A stretch of 64,000 nucleotides of DNA from Eledone cirrhosa (lineage: Eukaryota), in contig OZ024744.1 of NCBI GenBank assembly GCA_964016885.1, positions 105,834,001-105,898,000 of the forward strand, in the 5' to 3' direction. Of this stretch, positions 1-10,773 are shown piece after piece. The notes beneath the pieces were generated by a model that saw only the letters and a list, made by a program, of their open reading frames with translations, was not told the DNA's origin and did no database searches. Position numbers and translations under genes: made by a program. Position 1 is the stretch's first letter. Every line of letters begins with the position of its first letter.

Positions 1-4
1 GTGT

Positions 5-61
<57 letters not shown>

Positions 62-393
62 AGAGAGAGAGAGTGTATATATATATATATATTTGAGAGA
101 GGGAGAGAGAGAGTGTGTATATATATATATTTGAGACAGAGAGAGAGAGTGTGTGTGTGTGTGTATATATATATATATTTGAGAGAGAGAGAGTGTGTAT
201 ATATATATATATATATATTTGGGAGAGAGAGAGAGAGTGTGTGTGTGTATATATATTTAGATAAGTGTATATATATATATATATATTTGAGAGGGAGAGA
301 GAGAGTGTGTGTTTGTGTATATATATATATTTGAGACAGGGAGAGAGAGAGAGAGAGAGTGTGTGTGTGTGTGTGTGTGTGCGTATATATATA
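1..393. repeat. Compound (TA)n/(GA)n/(TG)n microsatellite
   Basis: Alternating dinucleotide runs read directly; ORFs 11..334 and 265..543 are artefacts. Confidence 0.95.
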
Positions 394-1032
394 CAGTGGT
401 ACCTTGACTTACGAGTGTCCCAACTAAAGAGTTTTTCGAGATTCGAGCAGTCTCTCGGCCGATTTTTTTTTTTTTGCTTTGAGTTGCGAGCTAAAATTCG
501 GGTTACGAGCCAGCTTCAGATATCCCTCCTCCAGTTGGCGTAGCGACTGCCACAATGAATGCCGTAACATCCGCCCAGCATCCCATAGGTCCGAAGAAAA
601 TGAGCGCGAATGACAGTGCTGAGAAGAAGAAACGGATGATGTTTCATTGAATTAAAGAAAGAAATTATCGAAAAATGACAATGGTGTGCGTGTAGTCGAC
701 TTGGCGAAGCAGTACGAGTGTAGCACTTTTACAATCTGCACCATACTGAAACAGAAGGAGTCGATAAAGGCTATAAACACCAGCCAAGGGAGTTAAAATA
801 ATTTCTAAATAGCGGACATCTATCCATGAAAATATGGAAAAGCTGTTGATAGTGTGGTTGAGGGATAAGCAGCTCGCAGGAGATACCGTGATGGAGGCTA
901 TAATCTGCGTGAAGGCACGAGCTATTTACCTCTGATTTGCTGCAGCAGACCCCAGGTACTTCAACATACAAGTCATTTGAGTTACGAGCTCTGTAACGGA
1001 ACGAATTAAACTCGTAAGTCAAGGTACCACTG
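394..1032 (+). mobile_element. Internally deleted Tigger/pogo (Tc1/mariner superfamily) DNA transposon
   Basis: Perfect 23-bp TIR CAGTGGTACCTTGACTTACGAGT (394-416) / ACTCGTAAGTCAAGGTACCACTG (1010-1032) flanked by TA. The interior translates, with frameshifts, to GPKKMSANDSAEKKKRMM..ELKKEIIEK..NGVRVVDLAKQYECSTFTICTILKQKESIK and HENMEKLLIVWLRDKQLAGDTVMEAIICVKARAIY (CENP-B-type HTH and Tc5 HTH). No DDE domain. Confidence 0.9.
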
Positions 1033-1689
1033 TATATATATATATATATATATATTTGAGAGAGGGAGAGTGTGTGTGTGTGTATATTTGAGAGAGAGTG
1101 TGAGTGTGTGTGTATTGTGCCGCCATTGCTTTTAAGAATGAGTGTACTGAATGCAGTTCATCATAATGGCAACACTACGGAGGTTGTCATGTCTTTGACA
1201 CTACTGAAGAGTCCTCTCTGCCCTTTGTTTGACACGTTTTGTATGACTAGATATCCTTCCTATCATCAATCACTTTACAGAGTGTACTGGGTGTATTTGT
1301 CATTGTGTAGATCACCAACCAAGGAAATATATGAATGTCACAACATCTCTACCAAACAATCACACCATGCATTTATTAATATATAATAATTGTTTCTACT
1401 TTTGGCACAAGGCCGCAACTATCACAGTGTATTACTGGTAATTTATTTTATCAACCAGACTAAGTTAACCTCAGTGGGATTTGAACTCAGACTGTAATCA
1501 ATGGAGTGTCTGACAAAAGGATTTATGACATATATTTCACCTGTTTACATTGTGGGTTCAAATCCCAGTAGAGAACTTGGTCTCTCCCCCCACCATGATC
1601 AAAATAGAATAGCAGTCAAATATTGGGGTTAGTTTAGTCAACCCCCACCACATAAAAAAATGATTGGTTTTGTGCCAAAATTAAAAACA

Positions 1690-3815
1690 CTCATCATCAC
1701 AATTACCATCAGCACCACCACTACCACCACCATCATCACCAACACTACCACCACTACCACCACCATCATCAGCACCACTACCATCACCATCACCACTACC
1801 ACCACCATCACCACCACCACCACCATCACCACCACCACCAACACCACCAACACCACCACCATCATCACCACTACCACCACCATCAACACCAACATTACCA
1901 CCACCATCACCACTACCAACACCATCATCACCACCAATACTACCACCACCACCACCACCACCATCATCACCACCAACACTACCATCATCACCACTACCAC
2001 CACTTACCATCATCATCATCACCATCACCACTACCACTACCATCATCACCTCCAACACTACCATCATCACCACTACCACCACCACCATCAACACTACCAT
2101 CACCATCACCATCACCACCACCACCATCATCACCACCACCACCAACACCACCAACACCACCATCATCACCACTACCACCACCATCAACACCAACATTACC
2201 ACCACCATCACCACTACCACCACCATCATCACCACCAATACTACCACCACCACCACCACCACCATCATCACCACTACCACCACCACCATCAACACTACCA
2301 TCACCAGCATCACCACCATCACTACCACCATCACCACTACCATCATCATCATCACCATCACCACTACCACCACCATCATCACCTCCAACACTACCATCAT
2401 CACCACTACCACCACCACCACCATCACCACGACCACCACCATCATCAACACTACCACCACCAGCATCACCACCAAAACTACCACTATCACCACAACCACC
2501 ATCACCACTACCACCACCACTACACCACCACCACTACCATCACCACTACCACCACTACCACCACCACTACACCACCACCACTACCATCACCACTACCACC
2601 ACCACTACCATCACCACTACCATCATCACCACTACCACCACCATCAACACTACCACCACCAGCATCACCACCACCACCACCATCACCACCAAAACTACCA
2701 CTATCACCACAACCACCATCACCACTACCACCGCCATCATCACTACCACCATCACCACCACCATCATCACCACAATCACCACCACCACCAACATCATCGC
2801 CACCACCGCCACAACCACCAACATCACTACTACAACTACCATCACCACTACCAAAGCTACCACCACCATCACCACCACCCTCAGCAGCACCACCACCCTC
2901 ACCACCACCACTACACCATCACCACTACAATCACCATCACCACTACCACCACCACTACCATCACCACTACCACCACCATCAACACTACCACCACCAGCAT
3001 CACCACCAAAACTACCACTATCACCACAACCACCATCACCACTACCACCACCATCACCACTACCACCACTACCACCACCACTACACCACCACCACTACCA
3101 TCACCACTACCGCCATCACCACCATCACCACTACCATCACCACTACCACCACCACCACCATCACCACTACCACCACCATCATCAACACTACCACCACCAG
3201 CATCACCACCAAAACTACCACTATCACCACAACCACCATCACCACTACCACCACCATCACCACTACCACCACTACCACCACCACTACACCACCACCACTA
3301 CCATCACCACTACCACCACCACTACCATCACCACTACCATCATCACCACTACCACCACCACCACCATCACCACGACCACCACCATCATCAACACTACCAC
3401 CACCAGCATCACCACCAAAACTACCACTATCACCACAACCACCATCACCACTACCACCACCACTACACCACCACCACTACCATCACCACTACCACCACTA
3501 CCACCACCACTACACCACCACCACTACCATCACCACTACCACCACCACTACCATCACCACTACCATCATCACCACTACCACCACCATCACCATCACCACC
3601 ACCATCATCAACACTACCACCACCAGCATCACCACCAAAACTACCACTATCACCACAACCACCATCACCACTACCACCACCATCACCACTACCACCACTA
3701 CCACCACCACTACACCACCACCACTACCATCACCACTACCGCCATCACCACCATCATCACCACCACCATCACCACCACCATCATCACCACCACCATCATC
3801 ACCACCACCACTACC
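1690..3815. repeat. Degenerate (CAC/CAT/TAC)n trinucleotide array with internal block duplications
   Basis: Direct reading; gives the spurious T/H/P-rich 801-aa ORF. Confidence 0.95.
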
Positions 3816-3851
3816 AGAACCATCATTATTTGTTTTCTTGTTCTTTTCAAG

Positions 3852-4012
3852 ACTCTCTCCAAGAGTGCAGGGTGACAAATCATTAGTTTCTCCTCCAAGC
3901 AGACGAAAGTATTCCTCGCCCCAGTCTGGAAACTCCCGAATTCCTCTAGTGGGATCTACAGCTTCTTTAGAATGGTCAAACCTTGTAAACGTTGCAACGA
4001 AGGCAATAGAAA
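3852..4012 (+). CDS. SIPA1L: SIPA1L/SPAR-family RapGAP, internal exon (SPAR C-terminal region)
   Basis: Acceptor ttcttttcaag, donor gtaagt at 4013. Encodes LSPRVQGDKSLVSPPSRRKYSSPQSGNSRIPLVGSTASLEWSNLVNVATKAIE; the LEWSNLV motif recalls the LDWSNLVDAAKA motif of vertebrate SIPA1L proteins. Ends phase 1. Confidence 0.85.
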
Positions 4013-4396
4013 GTAAGTGGAATATATACTCCATTATATTTTATTGGCTATTGATAATTGAATAAGTGTTGTATGGTGGTATCAGTAAGTTGATCCACTG
4101 AGCTGTGGAACTTCTGTTCATGAGGGACATAAACAAATATCACTGCTAGGAATGTCAAATTTAACACGACGACAGGGATACAAATACAGATTCACATTTA
4201 TATATATATATCCACTAACATATAAACACACACACACACATACACACTAATATATATACAAGATCTGTCAAAATAGTTCCAACTTAATATTTCTCCTGTG
4301 GGAAGTAATGACATTAGGGAGACAAAAATATACAGAGTGGTGCCACATACATCAGTTGATGTCAGGTAACCAATGTGTGGTGCTGTCACAGTTTCC

Positions 4397-5137
4397 CTAC
4401 ACCACACCACACTACATTACATTACATCATACCACACCACATTACACTACACTACACTACATTACACCACACTACATCACACCACACCACACCACACTAC
4501 ACTACATTACACCACACCACACTACATTACACCACACCACACTACACTACATTACACCACACTACACCACACCATACCACACTACATTACATTACATCAT
4601 ACTACTACACACTACACCACATTACACTATACTATACTATACTACACTACGCCATGCCACATTACACTACACTACATCACATTACACTACACTACACTAC
4701 ACTACACTACATTACGCTACACTACACTACATTACGCTACACTACACTACATTATGCTACACTACATTACGCTACACTACACACTACATTAGCTACACTA
4801 CACTACATCACATTACATTACACCACACTACACTTCATTACACCACACTACACTACACCACACCACACCACACTACATCACACCACACTACACCACACCA
4901 CGCTACACTACACTACACCACACCAAACCGCACTACACAACACCACACCAAACCGCACTACACAACACCACACCATACCAAACCACACCACACCACACTA
5001 TACCATACCCTACTACACCACACTATACCATACCACACTGCACCACACCAAACTTCACTACACCACACTATGCACCACCACACCACACTACACTACACTA
5101 CACCACACCACACCACACTACACCACACCACACCACG
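4397..5137. repeat. (ACACT/ACACC/ACATT)n pentanucleotide array
   Basis: Direct reading; source of the HYTTL ORFs. Confidence 0.95.
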
Positions 5138-5248
5138 CTGCGCTGCGCAGATATCAACATGATATATACACACTTGGCTAGTGTGTATATAATACTGTCA
5201 CCCCTCCCAACATACCTGTAATGTTATATCTGTCTTGTTTCTGTACAG

Positions 5249-5342
5249 GTACGCAAATGAAGAATCCAAAACACTCAAGTGATCAATTATTACAACTAAA
5301 AGAAAAGAATGAACTCTTAAGCCTTCAGAATAAGGAAAAAGG
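5249..5342 (+). CDS. SIPA1L: SIPA1L-like exon
   Basis: Acceptor tgtcttgtttctgtacag, donor gtaagg. Phase 1 in and phase 2 out match both neighbours; (S)TQMKNPKHSSDQLLQLKEKNELLSLQNKEK(G). Confidence 0.75.
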
Positions 5343-5412
5343 GTAAGGGACAATGTCAACTATTTTGAGGGGACACTTTCTGATTTTGTTTTATAGTGTG
5401 TGCATGTGTATA

Positions 5413-5443
<31 letters not shown>

Positions 5444-5737
5444 TTCGTTTCTGAATTTGTTTAGCAAGATTCTTTATCTGAAATCGTGTGTTGAAACCGA
5501 TATTGTTATACTTTGGGAGGGTCATGTTGCCAATAAGAAACACACGCACCAGTTGCTTTCACTTCAATTTATTATATATTTATAAATTTATAAATTTACA
5601 AATCTACAAACTTATAAATTTCTGGTTGGTTGGTTGGTTCCACAACCAGATAGTTGTTTATATAGTTCCTAGTTCTTTCTAGGAACAAGGCCAATAGAAT
5701 AAACTCATGGTATGATAGCAATAAATACCAGAGTGTA

Positions 5738-6271
5738 ATGTTCATCAATACAACCCCTAGAGGCGAACTAGCCTACAAATTTAGAAGGGCCCTAAATAAA
5801 CATAAACTCAATATTAAGATAGTAGAAAGACCAGGTACCTCCGTAAAAACACTTATTAGCAAGACATACCCGTTCCAAAGACCCTCATGTATAGATAAGA
5901 AATGTATAACCTGTAAAATAAGCCCCCATATTAACTGTAAAACTAGAAATGTAGTGTATAGCATAAGATGTACTGAAGGACAATGTAGAAACAAAAATAT
6001 AGTGTACATAGGTGAGACAGCTCGTAGTATAGGGGAACAAATAAATGAACACTGGCGAGACCTTCAAGATAATAAAGAATCATCTGTGCTCTACCAACAT
6101 GCTAAGATAGAGCACAAGGGTAAATTAGAGAACATAGAAATAAAAATAGAATCCACACACAGAAAAGATGCAATGTTTAGGCAAATTACAGAGGCAGTAA
6201 GCATAAAAGAATTACAACCAAAATTAAATAGAAAATATGAGTGGAACAGCAACATCACAACTTACAATTAA
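5738..6271 (+). pseudogene. Penelope-like GIY-YIG endonuclease domain fragment (RT missing)
   Basis: VVY..YIG..R..EH..E..LN motif order; Cys-rich linker upstream. Confidence 0.88.
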
Positions 6272-6475
6272 GGACAAAATGAAAACACACACACACATAG
6301 AACAAACAACCAACCAACAACATGTAAATAAATAAACAAATAGTTAAATGAACACAAACACACACAGACACCCGGATGTGGCGCATGCGCAAACTGAATA
6401 CACAACACACACACAGAAACAAAATGGCGTAGGACAGAAGAAAGGAAAGGCACAGAAACAAAGAAAGGAATCCCC

Positions 6476-6520
6476 AGTCACTGAAGAGGTCACAGAGTGT
6501 GTGACGAAAGGACTATGACT
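6476..6520 (+). ncRNA. Minimal type I hammerhead ribozyme in Penelope pLTR
   Basis: Stem I AGTCA/TGACT; core CTGAAGA (6481-6487) plus an extra G; stem II GTCACA-GAGTG-TGTGAC; GAAA (6506-6509); rudimentary stem III; CUA cleavage triplet. Confidence 0.8.
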
Positions 6521-6715
6521 ATATATATAAACAACTATCTGGTTGTGGAACCAACCAACCAACCAGAAATTTATAAGTTTGTAGATTTGTAAATTTATAA
6601 ATTTATAAATATATAATAAATTGGAGTGAAAGCAACTGGTGCGTGTGTTTCTTATTGGCAACATGACCCTCCCAAAGTATAACAATATATATATATCTAT
6701 ATATATATATATATA

Positions 6716-6830
6716 TCATCATCATCATCGTTTAACGTCCATCTTCCATGCTAGCATGGGTTAGACAGGAGTGGTCCCACTTGAGGCAAGATTGGTCGGG
6801 TGACCATGTCTCTCGCTCGTTAGGACTATA
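6716..6830 (-). mobile_element. RTE LINE/SINE 3' tail fragment with (ATG)n tail
   Basis: (CAT)n-cgtttaacgtccatcttccatgctagcatggg matches the 3' end of the RTE at 10774. Confidence 0.7.
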
Positions 6831-6934
6831 TATATATATATAACAAAGAAAGTGTGGTAAGAAACTAGGTGGACCATAACGCACCAGAGTACTCGATACT
6901 AAGGCCAGTAGAGTGGGTTATAGGAAAAGAGTCA

Positions 6935-7042
6935 GGACCCCGACGGATGAGCTCCGGCTGTTTCGATAGCTAGATCCAAACTACTGCTGGCTTAGTTTGG
7001 ATTTGGCTGTCAAAACAGCCGGCGCTTAGCTGTCGGGGTCCT
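6935..7042. repeat. Imperfect GC-rich palindrome (hairpin) in a Penelope-end-like sequence
   Basis: aggaccccgacggatgagctccggctgtttcgatagctagatccaaacta ... tagtttggatttggctgtcaaaacagccggcgcttagctgtcggggtcct. Confidence 0.75.
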
Positions 7043-7061
7043 TATTATTTTCCTATATACA

Positions 7062-7396
7062 TATAGGCTTGAAAATGGAATGAGAATAAAAAGAAAGCAA
7101 GAATGGGGGGGTTCCTCATCAGTTGTCTACTGGGGGGGAGTCTTGCACATTCCTCGGTTTGTTTGTTTTTTTCGCTGTTTCTCTTTTCTTCCCTTTTCCC
7201 CTATTCTCTTCTATTTTCCTTCTCTCCCTCCTCCGTTTTCCCAATAACTTACCCGGTTATTGAACGCCCTGGGGGTAGATATATTGTCTTTAAAGCGTTG
7301 AAATATCCAAGACCCCCAGTAGACAACTGATGAGGAAAACTCCCCCTCTCCCCCGTTCTTGCTTTCTTCTTATTCTCATTCCATTTTTAGCCTATA
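7062..7396. repeat. Fold-back element with ~75-bp inverted arms, each containing CTGATGAG
   Basis: 7062-7138 is the imperfect reverse complement of 7313-7396 (cccccagtagacaactgatgaggaa...ttcttgctttc..ttattctcattccatttt..gcctata). Confidence 0.75.
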
Positions 7397-7639
7397 TGTA
7401 TATATATATATTTATTAAGGCCAGTTATTACAACAACGCCATACCAGGTACGAATGTTTTGTTGGTGCTGACAACCAACTTGTTCAACCTGTGCCAATGA
7501 AAATGAGCTGGAAAATGTTTACTGAAAGGAGTGCAAAAGAAAGAGAGAAGAATCAAACTCACCCTATGGACTGGAGTTGCTCTTTACCTACCTATTACTA
7601 CCACTACTATATGTGAGTGTGTGTGTGTGTATGATAGAG

Positions 7640-7827
7640 CTATTAAGAAAAGTGGCAGATATGGAAAGACTGGCGTGTTTATATAGTACTGAAGACATGA
7701 TGGTTATGTAGACAACATAGAAATTAAAATATCTAAACATAGAAATGACTCAACAGGTAGGCAAATCAGAGAAGCAACTGAAATAGAACCAAGAAAACCG
7801 AAGTTGAACAGAAAAAGTGAATGGAAT

Positions 7828-7859
<32 letters not shown>

Positions 7860-8340
7860 CCATACACAAACACACAATAGTGACCTAAGGTAAATAAAAA
7901 AATAAATATATACACAAGTACAATAACAACAACCACACATAAACACACACTAGTGACCAAAGATAGAATACAAATACACACAGCCTCAGACACACCAAAC
8001 AGAAAACACACACATACAAATGCATGCGCAAACAGAGACAACAGCAAATAAATAAAAAATCGAATAGACATTACAATACAACGGTAGGAAAGATAATAAT
8101 ATCACTGATGATGTCACAGGTGTGTGAGGAAAGAACTCTGAAAGACTATTTATATATATCTATATTTTTAACCGTTGGTCAATCAATCAATGATAAACAT
8201 TGATTGCCAGCTAAATTAACTATAGAGATATAAAATATACGGAAGCAAAAACCAATCCAATCCAATCCAAACAGTGAGTGTGTTTTATTATTATTTCTGA
8301 CAATATTATAACAATATGACCTTCTCCAAATATAGCAATA
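7640..8340 (+). mobile_element. Older, degenerate Penelope 3' remnant (GIY-YIG end plus pLTR)
   Basis: HRNDSTGRQIREATEIEPRKPKLNRKSEWNN (~7738-7830) aligns with HRKDAMFRQITEAVSIKELQPKLNRKYEWNS of the 5738 ORF; same downstream pLTR layout. Confidence 0.8.
8102..8141 (+). ncRNA. Degenerate minimal hammerhead ribozyme
   Basis: TCA-CTGATGA-T-GTCACA-GGTG-TGTGAG-GAAA-GAAC-TC-TGA; homologous to 6476-6520, with the base pair closing stem II broken. Confidence 0.6.
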
Positions 8341-8349
8341 TATATTTGT

Positions 8350-8391
<42 letters not shown>

Positions 8392-8656
8392 TAACTCATG
8401 TGTTACACCTCTATTCTTTTAAATATATATATATATACATGTATATATAAATGTATGAATATGTATAGATATGTTTGTTTGTATGTATATATATATTTGT
8501 GTTTTTGTATGTATATGAGTGTAAATATATGTGTATGTATGTAAATATACATACTCAACACCCATATGTATACAAAACATACATACATGCATGTATAGCA
8601 AAAGATACATAGATACACAAACATATATTTTGTATTAACTATTTTTCTATATTCAG

Positions 8657-8744
8657 TCTGCCAAGAACAGTTATATCAAATCCACAACAAAGAATCAAAG
8701 AATTGGAACAGAAGGTACAGCAAACATGTAATGATTTAGATAAG
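8657..8744 (+). CDS. SIPA1L: SIPA1L-like exon (start of C-terminal coiled coil)
   Basis: Acceptor tttttctatattcag, donor gtttgt; (G)LPRTVISNPQQRIKELEQKVQQTCNDLDK; phase 2 in, phase 0 out. Confidence 0.85.
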
Positions 8745-8789
8745 GTTTGTATATATATTTTTGTCTTAGTTTTATTACTGGTTGTGCTC

Positions 8790-9425
8790 TCTATCACTTT
8801 ACTGTGTGGACTGGAGCTGTCAGCTCTAGAGACCTTCCTATCACTACTTTACTGTGTGGACTGGAGCTATGAGTTCTACAGACATAGCTGTCCTTCCTAT
8901 CACTTTACTCTGTGGACTGGAGCTATCAGTTCTAGAGACATAGCTGTCCTTCTTATCACTTTACTGTGTGGACTGGAGCTATGAGTTCTACAGACATAGC
9001 TGTCCTTCCTATCACTTTACTGTGTGGACTGGAGCTATGAGTTCTAGAGACATAGCTGTCCTTCTTATCACTTTACTGTGTGGACTGGAGCTATCAGTTC
9101 TAGAGACATAGCTATCCTTCTTATCACTTTACTGTGTGGACTGGAGCTATGAGTTCTAGAGACATAGCTGTCCTTCTTATCACTTTACTGTGTGGACTGG
9201 AGCTATGAGTTCTACAGACATAGCTGTCCTTCTTATCACTTTACTGTGTGGACTGGAGCTATCAGTTCTAGAGACATAGCTATCCTTCTTATCACTTTAC
9301 TGTGTGGACTGGAGCTATGAGTTCTACAGACATAGCTGTCCTTCTTATCACTTTACTGTGTGGACTGGAGCTATCAGTTCTAGAGACATAGCTATCCTTC
9401 TTATCACTTTACTGTGTGGACTAGA
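8790..9425. repeat. 56-bp minisatellite (~11 copies)
   Basis: Unit tatcactttactgtgtggactggagctatgagttctagagacatagctgtccttct. Confidence 0.93.
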
Positions 9426-9839
9426 AACATATCATTGTGTCATCAACTCTAGAGTCATTGTCTGACAGGACTTAATCCAAAATCTCGATTTGGAAGATAT
9501 GAGTTAAACAAACTAAAACCAGACAGTTTCACTAATATAATCTCCCCAAGTGCAGTTTGTGGAATTAAGAAACAATTTTAATTATCGCAATAAATCAAGA
9601 TGACCATTATTGGAAGAATTATTCTGTCTTTAGGAGGAAATTCTTTGGAAGTAGAGAAAATATTGAATAGATAGTATAGAGACCATGTTGTCTTTGAAAC
9701 CACATGGTGTGTCCAACTGCATGGGTCATTAAACTACTAAATGAACATATCTCTATTTATATTAGGATAATATGACAGGCTTTTAATGATGCTAGAAATA
9801 GCACCCAAAAGCCATCTAAATCTACTCAACAGCTTTGAC

Positions 9840-9980
9840 GCATAGTTACGGCCCTTGCCATTCTGAGTTCAAATCCCGCCGAGGTTAACTTTGTCTTTCA
9901 TCCTTACGGGGTCGATAAAATAAAGTACCAGTAATGTACTGGGCAATTGTTGGCCTTGTGCCTAAAATAGAAACAATTAT
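9840..9980 (+). mobile_element. 5'-truncated tRNA-derived SINE (family B)
   Basis: gagttcaaatcccgccgagg B box; tttcatccttacggggtcgataaaataaagtacc core; ggccttgtgcctaaa..gaaacaattatt tail. Confidence 0.8.
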
Positions 9981-10370
9981 TTAGTCTTCTAAGGAAATTA
10001 GTAGTGGAGAGATTACTGATCCAAACATCCACTGAAGATCATTGGATCTTTAACTCTCTCCACTGAATTACAAAACACTTCAACCCAAAGCTGTCTGGAT
10101 GTTGATAGTTATCATAATTGGTTTGTAAATCTTAATTTATCCTTTTAATTGAGTCTTGTGAACTGTATTATATTTAGTCACTATTTTCTACACCCTGGCG
10201 GTTTATGTCCCTTGTTATTTGAACACATATAGATGTATATATCTGTGTTTGTCTCTCTTTATGGTATTATCAGGCTCGGAAAATCTTTTCCTTCAGTTAC
10301 TTTGGTTATAAGGGACTAATGTGAGTTTTTAAATCAATATATACTTTTGATAAATATATATATATCTGTT

Positions 10371-10405
<35 letters not shown>

Positions 10406-10746
10406 GGAGACACATGGCTTAGTGGTTATATCATTGGCCTTGCAATCGAAAGGTTGTGAGTTCAATTCTCAGACCGGGTGATGTGTTGTTTCCTTGAGCA
10501 AGACACTTTATTTCACATTGCTCCAGTTTACTCAGCTGTAGAAATGAGATGATAGGGACTGGGGTCCCTATCATTCCACTGCAAAGTGGTCGTGGAGGTG
10601 CCACGGCAAAAAAGCACCCAGCACTCACTGTAAATGAGGTTGGTGTTAGGAAGGGCATCCAGCTGTAGAAATCAAGCCAGAATCAGTTCCCGTCCCACCC
10701 TTGCAGGCAGGGAAAAATGGACGTAAAATGAAATGAAATGAAATGA
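10406..10746 (+). mobile_element. tRNA-derived CORE-like SINE with RTE-type 3' tail (family A)
   Basis: A box tggcttagtgg, B box gagttcaattc; ccttgagcaagacactt..ctcagctgtagaaatg resembles the CORE domain; tail ggtgttaggaagggcatccagctgtagaaa shared with the RTE 3' UTR; near-identical copy at 42080. Confidence 0.85.
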
Positions 10747-10773
10747 ATATCTGTGTGTGTGTATATATATATA

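Larger units (their letters stand above)
5442..6686 (+). mobile_element. 5'-truncated Penelope-like retroelement: GIY-YIG endonuclease end, 3' pLTR and an inverted partial pLTR at the 5' side
   Basis: ORF 5738-6271 contains CIDKKCITC..NVVYSIRC..VYIGETARSIGEQINEH..EAVSIKELQPKLNR (Penelope GIY-YIG). About 165-bp inverted repeat ~5499-5663 vs ~6522-6686; flanked by (TA)n. Confidence 0.9.

Noticed and set aside
1660-4065. 801-aa Thr/His/Pro-rich ORF (mucin/extensin-like)
   Set aside because: Trinucleotide array open in several frames; only 3852-4012 is a real exon with its own acceptor.
4263-4365. Possible extra SIPA1L exon ending at gtaac
   Set aside because: Both candidate acceptors give an early stop in the required phase; 4012 splices in frame to 5249 without it.
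10406-10480. tRNA gene
   Set aside because: A/B boxes belong to a SINE head; no complete cloverleaf, and the sequence continues into the SINE body.
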